Positions 55,597 to 64,000 of a stretch of DNA of 64,000 nucleotides are shown here, piece after piece (position 1 is the stretch's first letter; each line of letters opens with the position of its first letter). Position numbers and translations under genes: made by a program. Source of the DNA: a virus; the IMG/VR virus record IMGVR_UViG_3300008451_000421, positions 4,562-68,561 of that record. One strand, 5' to 3'. The notes beneath the pieces were generated by a model, which was given only the letters and a program-made list of their open reading frames with translations, was not told the origin of the DNA and ran no database searches.

Positions 55597-57486
55597 TCAG
55601 TCCATCACCGCAGCGACCAGCAGCCACTTGAGCGCCTGCTTGCGGCCGCGCACGGTCACTTTCGGAGGCGGCGGCGGACGATCGGCCGCGCCCAGGTCCA
55701 TCAGGATCTCCTGGGCCTCGGCGATGTAGCGGTCGTAGTCAAGATCGTCCGGCAGGGCGTCAGGGAGGTCCATCAGCGGCCGGCAGCCGTTGGTCTTGGC
55801 CACGGTCTTCCAGTTGCCCGTTCGCGGGTCGAGCTTCTTGGTGCGGATCAGGCCGTCAGACCCCTCGGCGAGATACCAGCGGACGACCTTGCCCAGGTAG
55901 TGGCTCTCGCCGCCGCTCTCGAAGTAGGAGCCACCCTGCACGGTGCGGGCGCTCACGAACTGGCGGATGTCGTTGCAGCCGAAGATCGTCCGCTCCAGCG
56001 GCACGTCCTTGGTGAGGTATTCCAATACCGCTTTGACGCAGATCTCGTTGGCCGGGTTCTTCTGCGGCCCGGTGTCGGCGTAGGCCCCCTTTGTCTTGAT
56101 GCCGCCGTCCGTCTTGATCGCGATGTAGTTGTTCACGTCGCGCGAGAACAGGCGGTCGTATCGGGTCTCCTCGGTCTTCAGCTTGGTGTCGACCTCCCAC
56201 TGGGCGATGATCGCGTTCCAGGTGTCGAGTTGCTCGGGCCGGATCTTGACGACGATGCCGTCCGTGTTGGCGCTGATGACGTTGATGCCGGCCAGGTAGG
56301 CGCTCTCGATCAGGCGCAGCAGCGCGAGCTGCCCGGTCACCGTGACCTGGATCATCACCTTGGGGTCGTAGAGGAAGGAATACTTGCTGCCGGTCATGCC
56401 GAAGGTTGAGTTCACGACGATCTTCAGGCTGTCGGCGACGACCTTGTTGCCGGTGTGCTTGGCGTGCAGACGAGTCTTGAGGATGCCGCCGAACGCCGTC
56501 AGGAACGACTTGCCCAGGTGCCTCGGCGCGAGTTCGAGCGTCAGCATCAGGTTCGGGTAGTAGCTCTCCACGTCCCGGTCGATCAGCAGCGTCTCGTCGT
56601 CCGAGTAGTGCGCCACGCCGCTCTCTTGCGAGTGCAGGCCGCCAATCCCCATCCGATAGACGCTGCCGCCGATCATCACGTCCCGGCCTTCCAGGGCCTT
56701 CGGCAGCAGCGTCTTGCCGCTGGCGAGCACCTCGAACTCGGCGTCGCAGACGGCCTTCAGCACCGACTGCATCTCGGGCGTCTTGAAGGTCAGGTAGGCC
56801 GGCGGGTCGTAGCGGAACTTGGTGCCCGGTCGGATGATCGGCTTCTCGGGATCCTTGCCGTCGATCTTGTTGATCTGGTGCTTCAGGACGGCCGCGGCCA
56901 CCTGAGCGTCCTTCTTGGAGCGCAGGTCGATGCCGGCCTGGTCGCGCATCCGCTCGCGCAACTCGATCTGCTTCAGCAGGGCCTGATACAGCAGCCAGGT
57001 CGTGCGGAGGTCGTTGATGTTGTAGGCGACGACCTCCTCGATCTGCTCGGGCGTCAGAACGGCGTCAGGTTCGTAGGGGAGATCCTGCAGCTTCGGAGCG
57101 TGCAGCCGGCCGCCGTAGAGCTTGAGGCTGACCATGCCCGGCGCGACTTCGATGATGTCGATGTGATCGAGGCGCGGGATCCGCAGCTTGTATTCGCGCT
57201 CGAAGATCCACGGCTTCACCTGCTCGGTGATGATGTAGTCCGAGGCGCGCTTGAGCTTGGCGTTGTCCGCGCCCGAGATCGCCAGGAAGATCATCGGCAC
57301 GTCGTAGTTGATGCCGTTGAAGCTGATCAGCCGGTTGCGCGTCATCAGCCGGCGCAGGCGCTCGACGTCGAGAGGTGGCCCGCCCGGCGTCAGCCTGAAC
57401 GTCGCGATCTGGCCCGACTCGGGATCCCAGAACGTGACGCACCAAAGCCCAGAGTAGCATTCGACGTCGTAGACTAGGGTCCGCAT
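55597..57486 (-). CDS. DNA polymerase, family B-like, with 3'-5' exonuclease
   Basis: YDVECY, FNGINYD, DVESYYP, KIVVNSTFG, SANTDG motifs. Confidence 0.9.
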   Translation of the reverse strand: MRTLVYDVECYSGLWCVTFWDPESGQIATFRLTPGGPPLDVERLRRLMTRNRLISFNGINYDVPMIFLAISGADNAKLKRASDYIITEQVKPWIFEREYKLRIPRLDHIDIIEVAPGMVSLKLYGGRLHAPKLQDLPYEPDAVLTPEQIEEVVAYNINDLRTTWLLYQALLKQIELRERMRDQAGIDLRSKKDAQVAAAVLKHQINKIDGKDPEKPIIRPGTKFRYDPPAYLTFKTPEMQSVLKAVCDAEFEVLASGKTLLPKALEGRDVMIGGSVYRMGIGGLHSQESGVAHYSDDETLLIDRDVESYYPNLMLTLELAPRHLGKSFLTAFGGILKTRLHAKHTGNKVVADSLKIVVNSTFGMTGSKYSFLYDPKVMIQVTVTGQLALLRLIESAYLAGINVISANTDGIVVKIRPEQLDTWNAIIAQWEVDTKLKTEETRYDRLFSRDVNNYIAIKTDGGIKTKGAYADTGPQKNPANEICVKAVLEYLTKDVPLERTIFGCNDIRQFVSARTVQGGSYFESGGESHYLGKVVRWYLAEGSDGLIRTKKLDPRTGNWKTVAKTNGCRPLMDLPDALPDDLDYDRYIAEAQEILMDLGAADRPPPPPKVTVRGRKQALKWLLVAAVMD

Positions 57487-57510
57487 CAGGCAATTTTCGA
57501 TCTGAAGGTG

Positions 57511-57536
57511 AAACCCCCGACCCGAAGGCCGGGGGT
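57511..57536 (-). terminator. Terminator hairpin
   Basis: Minus strand ACCCCCGGCC-ttcg-GGTCGGGGGT-TTC. Confidence 0.6.
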
Positions 57537-57546
57537 CCGAGCCAGG

Positions 57547-58293
57547 CTACAGGCCCAGGTCGTCGTCATCGTCCGCCGTGGCGGCAGCAGCCGCGCCGGG
57601 CGAGACCATGTCGTCGTCACCATCGTCGTCCTGGTCGTCGTCGAGCAGGCTGTTCGCGTCGACCGGCTTGGCACCGAACGCCTGGCCGTGCTTCTTGAAC
57701 TTCACGACCTCGAGCGAGCAGTTCACCCGGTGAGGGTTGCCGTGCTTAGTACCGTTATAAGGGTACACGCGCACGATAACGGTAACATACGCGCCAGAGT
57801 AGAGCAGCCCTTCCGAGCCGTTCAGGATCGGGAAGCGCGCCTTGCCGGTGACGGGGTCCTTGTCGGTCTTCTTCGGGCCCAGGAGTTGGACCGGATTCGG
57901 AACGATCAGCTTGCCGGTCGCCGGGTCGACGTCACCATCCTTCAGCCGGCGGCGAGCGCTGAGAACGATCTTGTTCTCGTAGCCCTCGTAGCGAGCGATC
58001 TTCTCGTTGGTGTCGGGATCGACGATCTCGCCAGGCCGCGCGCAGCGGTTTTCCGGCGGGATGATCGGCGGGTTGCTCGGCCACTCGTTGGCAATGGCCT
58101 GCTTCTGCGCCGCCTGGATCTGCTTGATGTATTCGACGTGGTCGGACCGCCCCTTGTCGAACAGCAGAGCCGCTTCGATGGTGTAGCTTTCGACCTCGCC
58201 GGTCTTCTTGTTCTTGTTCGCCTTGGGAACGAACAGGTTCGCGAAGGACAGTTGCACATCCTTGAACACAAGTTCGATGTCTTTACTCGCCAT
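57547..58293 (-). CDS. ssDNA-binding protein, DUF2815 (T7 gp2.5-like)
   Basis: LSFANLF, LYSGAYV, KHGQAFG; acidic tail DDDDDLGL. Confidence 0.85.
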   Translation of the reverse strand: MASKDIELVFKDVQLSFANLFVPKANKNKKTGEVESYTIEAALLFDKGRSDHVEYIKQIQAAQKQAIANEWPSNPPIIPPENRCARPGEIVDPDTNEKIARYEGYENKIVLSARRRLKDGDVDPATGKLIVPNPVQLLGPKKTDKDPVTGKARFPILNGSEGLLYSGAYVTVIVRVYPYNGTKHGNPHRVNCSLEVVKFKKHGQAFGAKPVDANSLLDDDQDDDGDDDMVSPGAAAAATADDDDDLGL

Positions 58294-58305
58294 ATTCAGA
58301 TCTTT

Positions 58306-59601
58306 CTATGCCAAAAGGTCAAAGTCATCAGTGTCGTCATCTTCATCGTCTGACAGCTTGTCGTGGACATTCATCAGAGCTTCACGTTCGTCGCTTTCCG
58401 GGACGAGTACCGGTTTTCCGTCATCTTGGGTGATGAGGGATGTCAGCCGCTCCCAGGCGTCGGGGTTTCCCGGTGTGCCTCGGCGCGGACGAAGGAGCTT
58501 CTCAGCTTGTGCGGGAGATTTCAACTTTTTATTGAACGCATCATCCGACAAAGCGTCGACCAGATAGAACTCGGCCGGCGAGCCCAGCAGGTCGTCCTTA
58601 GGCTCGACCCATTTGCGGTCACCCTTCTGGCCCAGGACGGCCTTCAGGCCCGGCGTCGGGTTGCCGATCAGGGCGTCGGTGAGCGTGTCGGCGTGCAGCC
58701 GGGCCAGCCATTTCTCGAAGATCTTGGCGTGCTGGACGATATAGCTGCGGCGCTCGGCGGATAGCTGATTCGTCGTCGGCAGCCGCGGCTCCTCGCCGAA
58801 CGTGACGCCGTCGTCCACGTCGTCGAGCTTCTGTTCGATGATGTCGAGCATCCAGGCGTCGTGCGTGGCGCAGCCGCTCAGGCTCCCGTCTTTCGGCGGC
58901 AGGTTCTTCACCCGGCACCAGCGGCAGCCCTTCTCGGATGCGCAGAACTCGGCGTCGGGCTCATCCACCCGCTTGCCGGCCACCCGGACTTCCTCACCGA
59001 ACGCCAGCAGCTCGTCGAGCGTCAGTTCCCACTCGGACCACCCGCCCGCGCGAGGCTGGTCGATCGAGAGGATGAACCGTGTCGCGCTCGTCTCATGCCG
59101 CGCCACGTTGTCCCAGAAGCCCAAGGCGTAGATCATCATCTGCCGGTTGCGCACCGGGCTGACCTTCTCACCCTGGCCGTACTTCAGGTCGTTGATGCGG
59201 ATGACGTCGGGCGCGATGATGCCGCAGTCGAGCGTCCCGAACTGACCGGGCAACCAGCGGCCCAGATCCACGCGGTACTCGACGACCATACGGCCAGTCA
59301 TCTCGCGCAGCTTGTCGATGCCGGGCGTCAGGTAGGCCGCGTCCTCCTCGGACCAGACGAACTCGAAGCCGTCCGCCCGGAGCGTCGAGCCGACGAAATC
59401 GTAGGGATCCTCGTCGTCCTCCAGGCACTTGGCCCGGACCTCGTGGGCGCAGGTCCCCTCGGCCGCGTACTCGGACGATCGCTCCTCGGGGATGTGCTCG
59501 GACGCGCGCACCGAGGCCGGGCAGACCATCCAGCGGTCAGCACCGGACGGTGACAGGCGGGCGTGGGCGGGGCCGTCGTCGTCGAGCAGGTCGTCGCTCA
59601 A
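58306..59601 (-). CDS. DUF2800 Cas4-like PD-(D/E)XK exonuclease
   Basis: HARLSPSGADRW..CP, AAEGTCAH, FGTLD, DLKYG, QMMIYALG, CRWC. Confidence 0.9.
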   Translation of the reverse strand: MSDDLLDDDGPAHARLSPSGADRWMVCPASVRASEHIPEERSSEYAAEGTCAHEVRAKCLEDDEDPYDFVGSTLRADGFEFVWSEEDAAYLTPGIDKLREMTGRMVVEYRVDLGRWLPGQFGTLDCGIIAPDVIRINDLKYGQGEKVSPVRNRQMMIYALGFWDNVARHETSATRFILSIDQPRAGGWSEWELTLDELLAFGEEVRVAGKRVDEPDAEFCASEKGCRWCRVKNLPPKDGSLSGCATHDAWMLDIIEQKLDDVDDGVTFGEEPRLPTTNQLSAERRSYIVQHAKIFEKWLARLHADTLTDALIGNPTPGLKAVLGQKGDRKWVEPKDDLLGSPAEFYLVDALSDDAFNKKLKSPAQAEKLLRPRRGTPGNPDAWERLTSLITQDDGKPVLVPESDEREALMNVHDKLSDDEDDDTDDFDLLA

Positions 59602-59885
59602 AACAGGTTGCCCTGGTTAGGATCAGTGGGCGCAAGGAAGCTGGACAGCCCGTCGATTGCCTCGCGGGTCAGTTGAAGTTCGCGAAGTATCCGATCCCGA
59701 TTGTTCTCGTTTGGATCCTCGGGCCTCAGGTAGCTCAGGCTGAGAAGTCCAAACCGAACACCGCGCGCCACCGCATCAGCGGCCGCTGCCATTTGCTGAA
59801 CCGCTTCAAGCATCGCGTCGTTGATGGATGTGGGTCGGGCGTCCGGCCGTGTGCTCGGATACAGGATCTTCTCGATGTCCGACAT
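59598..59885 (-). CDS. Hypothetical protein ending in QGNLF
   Basis: AGGAG RBS; coupled to the DUF2800 gene. Confidence 0.6.
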   Translation of the reverse strand: MSDIEKILYPSTRPDARPTSINDAMLEAVQQMAAAADAVARGVRFGLLSLSYLRPEDPNENNRDRILRELQLTREAIDGLSSFLAPTDPNQGNLF

Positions 59886-59980
59886 GCGATCTCCTGGGCT
59901 TTTGGAAGGGCTGCCGGCGCGGGGCGCTCTAGGCTTAGGGGGGCACATCGGCCTTTGAAATCCCCGTCCGGCAGTCCATC

Positions 59981-60020
59981 GAAAAGCCCCCGGGCGGCGT
60001 GACCACGCCCGGGAGCAAAA
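59981..60020 (-). terminator. Terminator hairpin
   Basis: AAAAGCCCCCGGGCG-gcgtgacca-CGCCCGGGAGC. Confidence 0.6.
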
Positions 60021-60029
60021 CGACCGGAC

Positions 60030-60518
60030 CTACAGGCCCAGATCGTCGTCCTCGTCCTCGTCGCCGGCCGAGTCGTCCTCGCCTTCCGAGAAGTTGATCT
60101 TGGCCTTCGGGTTGGCCTTGAAGGTGTCGAGCCAGCCCAGGGTCTTGGCGAACTGGTCGGCCGGGACGCCGACGAACTTCTCGATGCCGAAGTGCGCCAG
60201 GATCGCCTTCATGAAGTCGCGGTGCGAGACGAACTCGGGCGTGCCCTTCTCGAAGGTGTTGAACTTGGCCACCTGAGCCATGAACTCCTCGACCGTCAGA
60301 GCCTTCGGCTCGGCGGGCTTCTCGGGCTCAGCCGGCGTGGTGTCCTTCGGCTTGCGGGTCGACTTCGGCTTGTCGCCCTCGACGGCCTTGGTGATGTTCG
60401 CGACGGCGGCTTCGCGGCCGGCGATCGAGACCTTCAGCAGTTCGGCCACGGCAAGCTGCGCGGCGGTGTTGGCGGTGATCGCGTCGAGAAGGGGTTTCAG
60501 GGCGGCGTCGATGCTCAT
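60030..60518 (-). CDS. Hypothetical replication-module protein with acidic DLGL tail
   Basis: GAGG RBS; ends EDEDDDLGL. Confidence 0.7.
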   Translation of the reverse strand: MSIDAALKPLLDAITANTAAQLAVAELLKVSIAGREAAVANITKAVEGDKPKSTRKPKDTTPAEPEKPAEPKALTVEEFMAQVAKFNTFEKGTPEFVSHRDFMKAILAHFGIEKFVGVPADQFAKTLGWLDTFKANPKAKINFSEGEDDSAGDEDEDDDLGL

Positions 60519-60596
60519 GGGTATCCTCAGTTGGGGTTCGGTTTCGGCGTCCGTGTCGGATCGCTGTGACGCCACTAGGCCATGCTGAAAATGCAA

Positions 60597-60633
60597 TGTC
60601 AACACGATATTGAAACCAGCAACCGGGTGTTGA
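60597..60633. promoter_or_regulatory. Divergent promoter region with tandem operator boxes
   Basis: TCAACACGATATTGA (60599) and GCAACCGGGTGTTGA (60619); minus-strand TTGACA. Confidence 0.75.
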
Positions 60634-60685
60634 TAGTTAGGATTTGTCGGTATAGGGTGCCGCGACAATTCCCTCGGAGACCCCC

Positions 60686-60958
60686 ATGCAAGAGACCTCC
60701 CCGCCCCCGGTCGGCTACTACACCTCGCCGCTCTATACGCTGCTGATGACCCACTTCCCCAGCTACCGCACGGCCCAGGGCCTGTTCGACGTGCCGCGCT
60801 TCTGTAAAGCGCTCGGCTTCTCGAAGACCATGGGCTACCGCTGGCTGCCTTCGGGTCACATTGCTATGGCCCCGGCCAAGGCGATTCTGGCGCTGTCCGA
60901 GCAGGACGACAATCTCCCCCTGACGCGAGACCAGATCCTCCCGTTCGTCTTCGACTGA
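60686..60958 (+). CDS. Cro-like HTH protein
   Basis: DVPRFCKALGFSKTMGYRWL; divergent from the replication operon. Confidence 0.6.
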   Translation: MQETSPPPVGYYTSPLYTLLMTHFPSYRTAQGLFDVPRFCKALGFSKTMGYRWLPSGHIAMAPAKAILALSEQDDNLPLTRDQILPFVFD

Positions 60959-61037
60959 TTCACAGGTTCGCTGCTGGACCTGGAGAGCGGGCGCGGGTCG
61001 CCCGTGAACAAGAGTCCGCGGCCCAAAGGGCGTCTGC

Positions 61038-63506
61038 ATGGACCTGGGAAACGACATGATCACCGAGATCGCGCCGCTCGTTGCGGCGGGCGCGGCTCTG
61101 CACTGGCTGCATCCGAAGACCAAGGAACCGATCGGGCTGGACTGGGGCAAGAAGCCCGTCTTCACGCTTGAGCAGCTCACCTCGCAATACCGGCCCGGCA
61201 ACAACGTCGGCATCCGGCCAGGTGAGTTCTCGAAGATCGGCGACCACTACCTCCACATCATCGACTTCGACATCCGCAAGCCCGAGCAACTGCCGCAGGC
61301 CAAGGCCGCGCTGCTCGCCCTGTGGCCTGGTGCTATGGAAGCGCCCTACGTCATCTCAGGCTCGGGCGGCGAGAGCCGGCACTTCTACCTGCTGAGCGAC
61401 AAGCCCTTCCGCAAAAAGAAGCTCGCCAAGAGCGCCGGCTTCGAGATGGTCTGGACCGAGGACCGGCAGCGCAAGGTCAAAAAGCGCGACTGGGAAATCG
61501 ACCTGTTTGGCAGCGGTGTGCAGGTGGCCCTGCCGCCGAGCATCCACCCCGACACCGGCAAGCCCTACATCTGGGGCCGCGAGTTCGACTTCGACATGCT
61601 CGACATGGGCGTGGGCCCGTTCGTCTCAAGCGAGGTCGTCCGCACCTGGGGCGTCCATCGCGACGAGGAGCCAGACGACGTCGAGATCAAGCCGATCCTC
61701 GGCCTCGAGTTGGCCGAGATCAAGAAGGTGCTCACCGGCCTGCCGGTCGACGACTGGTGCGAGGACCGCGACGGCTGGGTTCAGGTCGGCATGGCGCTGC
61801 ACCACGAGTTCAGCGGCAGCCAGCAGGGCTACGACATCTGGACCGAGTTCTCCCGGCAGTCGGCGAAGTTCGATCCGAAGGACCAGAAGGCGGTTTGGAA
61901 GTCGTTCCGCGCCAAGCCTAACTCCGTCCGCATGGCGACGCTGGTCAAGGCCGCCCAGATGGCGCGCTTCGAGGCCATGTTCGAAGACGATGAGGACGAA
62001 GACACCGACGACCTGCTGGGTGAGGCGGATGCCGAACTGGAGTCGGATGAAGACGATCTCCTCGGCACCCCGAAGGCCGCAGCCAAGGTCGACGACGATG
62101 ACCTGCTGGGCGATCCGAAGCCCGAAGGCGACGCCTGGGTGCATCTGCTGGACCTGAGCGACGAGGGGGCGATCAAGCCGACCCTCCACAACGTCGAGGT
62201 CATCCTGGGCAACGATCCGCGCAGCCGCGGCATCATCAAGATGAACGCCTTCACCCAGGAGGTCGTCTTCCACGGCACGGCCGGCAAGCGGACAGCCTCG
62301 GCGCGGTCCAAGAAGCCGACCAAGCAGTTGGCCGGGCCGGCGTGGGTGCTGCGCGACACGATCAACGGCGATCGGTGGTCCGACACCAAGGACAACGCGC
62401 TGCGATCGCTGCTCGTCACGCCCAAGACACAGGGCGGCTGGTCGGTGAAGGCCGCCAAGCAGGACATCAAGGACGCGGTGGATCTCGTCGCCCAGGGCAA
62501 CAGCTTCCACCCCGTGCAGGACTACCTGAACTCGCTGACCTGGGACGGCAAAAAGCGGGTGGACACCATGTTTGTCCGCCACCTGGGCACGCCCGATAGC
62601 GCCTACTCGCGCGGGATCGCCCGGCTGGTCATGCTCGGCGGCGCGGTGCGCGTGTTCGAGCCGGGCCACAAGTTCGACTACGTGGCGATTCTCGAAGGCG
62701 GACAGGGCAAGCGCAAGTCGACCTTCATCTCGAAGCTTGGCAAGCACTGGTATTCGGAACTGAAGGGCGACTTCCACGAGCCCCAGAAGATGGTCGAGCG
62801 GATGCAAGGCCACTGGATCATCGAGCTGCCCGAGCTTCAGGGCTTCACGAAAGGCGAAGTGCAGGACATCAAGGCGTTCGTCTCGACCCAGAGCGACACC
62901 GTCCGCCTGGCCTACGCCGCCCGGGCCCAGGACTTCCGCCGACAGTGCATTTTCATCGGCTCGACCAACGAAGCCGAGTATCTGCGCGACAACACGGGCG
63001 GCCGGCGGTTCTGGCCGGTCGAGTGTCTGGTCGACACGATCGACACCGATGCGTTCGCGGCCGAAGTCGACCAGTTGTGGGCCGAGACGATGGCGATCTA
63101 TCGCGAGATGCGGAAGGCTCAGCCCTACGGGGATCTGCCGCTCTATCTCGCCGACCACGAGGCCCACGAAGAAGCCCGCCGGCTGCAGGAAAGCCGGCGC
63201 GTGGAGACGGTTGTGGACAGCAAGGCCGGCGAGATTGCCGCCTGGCTGGAGAAGCCGGTTGTCGGGTCTTTGGACGACGACATGGACAACGAGGGGGCCC
63301 CAAGACTGCGCACCGAGACCTGTCTGATCCAGATTTGGTCCGAGTGCATGGGCAACGACGGTCGCCATTACGACAGCCGTGCAGCGCAGATGTTGGGACA
63401 GGCGATGAAGCTAGTAAAAGGGTGGGGAAACGTCGGATTCCGCAACCACGAGAAATACGGACGCCAGCGAACCTACCAGCGGATCGTGCCTTTCCGCAAA
63501 AAGTGA
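61038..63506 (+). CDS. Primase-polymerase / PriCT-2 / VirE-type helicase
   Basis: NVGIR..IIDFD..SGSGG..HFY; WVQVGMALH (PriCT-2); FHPV.DYL, EGGQGKRKST, FIGSTN, TGGRRFWPV. Confidence 0.92.
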   Translation: MDLGNDMITEIAPLVAAGAALHWLHPKTKEPIGLDWGKKPVFTLEQLTSQYRPGNNVGIRPGEFSKIGDHYLHIIDFDIRKPEQLPQAKAALLALWPGAMEAPYVISGSGGESRHFYLLSDKPFRKKKLAKSAGFEMVWTEDRQRKVKKRDWEIDLFGSGVQVALPPSIHPDTGKPYIWGREFDFDMLDMGVGPFVSSEVVRTWGVHRDEEPDDVEIKPILGLELAEIKKVLTGLPVDDWCEDRDGWVQVGMALHHEFSGSQQGYDIWTEFSRQSAKFDPKDQKAVWKSFRAKPNSVRMATLVKAAQMARFEAMFEDDEDEDTDDLLGEADAELESDEDDLLGTPKAAAKVDDDDLLGDPKPEGDAWVHLLDLSDEGAIKPTLHNVEVILGNDPRSRGIIKMNAFTQEVVFHGTAGKRTASARSKKPTKQLAGPAWVLRDTINGDRWSDTKDNALRSLLVTPKTQGGWSVKAAKQDIKDAVDLVAQGNSFHPVQDYLNSLTWDGKKRVDTMFVRHLGTPDSAYSRGIARLVMLGGAVRVFEPGHKFDYVAILEGGQGKRKSTFISKLGKHWYSELKGDFHEPQKMVERMQGHWIIELPELQGFTKGEVQDIKAFVSTQSDTVRLAYAARAQDFRRQCIFIGSTNEAEYLRDNTGGRRFWPVECLVDTIDTDAFAAEVDQLWAETMAIYREMRKAQPYGDLPLYLADHEAHEEARRLQESRRVETVVDSKAGEIAAWLEKPVVGSLDDDMDNEGAPRLRTETCLIQIWSECMGNDGRHYDSRAAQMLGQAMKLVKGWGNVGFRNHEKYGRQRTYQRIVPFRKK

Positions 63507-63529
63507 CGACCACGCAGAGAAGGCAATTT

Positions 63530-63560
63530 GGCCTCGGAGGTTCGCTTCCGAGGTCTTTTT
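63530..63560 (+). terminator. Rho-independent terminator
   Basis: GGCCTCGGAG-gttcg-CTTCCGAGGTC followed by TTTTT. Confidence 0.8.
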
Positions 63561-63590
63561 GTTGGAGTCTCGCACGGCGACCCGGATAAG

Positions 63591-63885
63591 CGACAGGTCT
63601 GCACAGGGTCCGCACAGGTACCTGTCGCGCTTAAGCCATTGAATTTCTAGGTGGAAAGCTCAGGGCGCACAGGTGAACACCTTTTTCCCTTAGAGTCCCC
63701 CGCTAGGGCCCTTTTTTATTTCTCTTACGCTCTACGTCCACGTTTTTAAGCGTAGCTAATTATCCCCCTTCTACTACTCCCCTATATAAAAGCTGTTCAC
63801 CCTGTTCACCTGTTCATTCGTAGCTGAAATCAACGACTTACGCTGCACAGGGTCGGTTTTGGACCTGTTCACCCTGTTCAGGGGT
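63591..63885. repeat. Iteron-like repeats around an AT-rich core (putative replication origin)
   Basis: Multiple ACAGG copies; CTGTTCA at 63793, 63802, 63810, 63865 and 63874; downstream of the primase. Confidence 0.65.
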
Positions 63886-64000
63886 ATTTATGCGTTTTTG
63901 AACCCGGATTCCGGCGTGAGGTCGGGAAACCCGGCGACTTTGCGTTTCAAAGTACTTGGATAAGGGCATTGTGGGGTTTTGAACCCGATCGAACGACGCG

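Noticed and set aside
53121-57486. Intein or intron in the helicase or polymerase
   Set aside because: Motifs are contiguous, lengths are normal, and no splice-junction residues or embedded endonuclease are seen.
58306-59601. Cas4 as evidence of a CRISPR system
   Set aside because: DUF2800 Cas4-like exonucleases are standard in phage replication modules beside the SSB and polymerase.
63890-64000. cos site at the window end
   Set aside because: A lambda-type terminase suggests cos ends, but no cohesive sequence can be assigned from sequence alone, and the window edge may be arbitrary.

Overview
The window is most or all of a temperate siphovirus genome in its non-integrated form. It has a Chi/BcepNazgul-like layout and probably infects Caulobacteraceae, since its GapR closely resembles C. 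crescentus GapR as I recall it. From left to right: an AT-rich HNH gene; a head-spike operon resembling RcGTA Rcc01079/Rcc01080 (2.3-9.5 kb); early/accessory genes including MazG-like, DUF3310, GapR, a receiver-less OmpR/CtrA-type wHTH, GcrA-like and an MT-A70 methylase (9.6-17.4 kb); minus-strand lysis, tail and lambda-type head/terminase modules (17.4-47.1 kb); attP (3' part of tRNA-Gly CCC) with a tyrosine integrase; a repressor; a replication module (SNF2 helicase, VRR-NUC, Mom-like enzyme, PolB, DUF2815 SSB, DUF2800 nuclease, prim-pol/VirE); and an iteron-rich putative origin. The most notable signals are: (1) an acidic short linear motif D-L-L-G / D-L-G-L, encoded with varied synonymous codons, at termini or linkers of about 10 unrelated replication, packaging and modification proteins; (2) a genome-wide palindromic box TCAAC-N5-GTTGA (9 perfect copies plus degenerate pairs about 19 bp apart) with CtrA-box geometry; (3) a cluster of host cell-cycle regulator homologs; (4) a Mom-like gene ending in a copy of the polymerase C-terminal tail; (5) AT-rich synonymous patches sitting on conserved motifs of core genes. 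All product calls come from motif recognition, not database searches, and several start codons were adjusted by eye.
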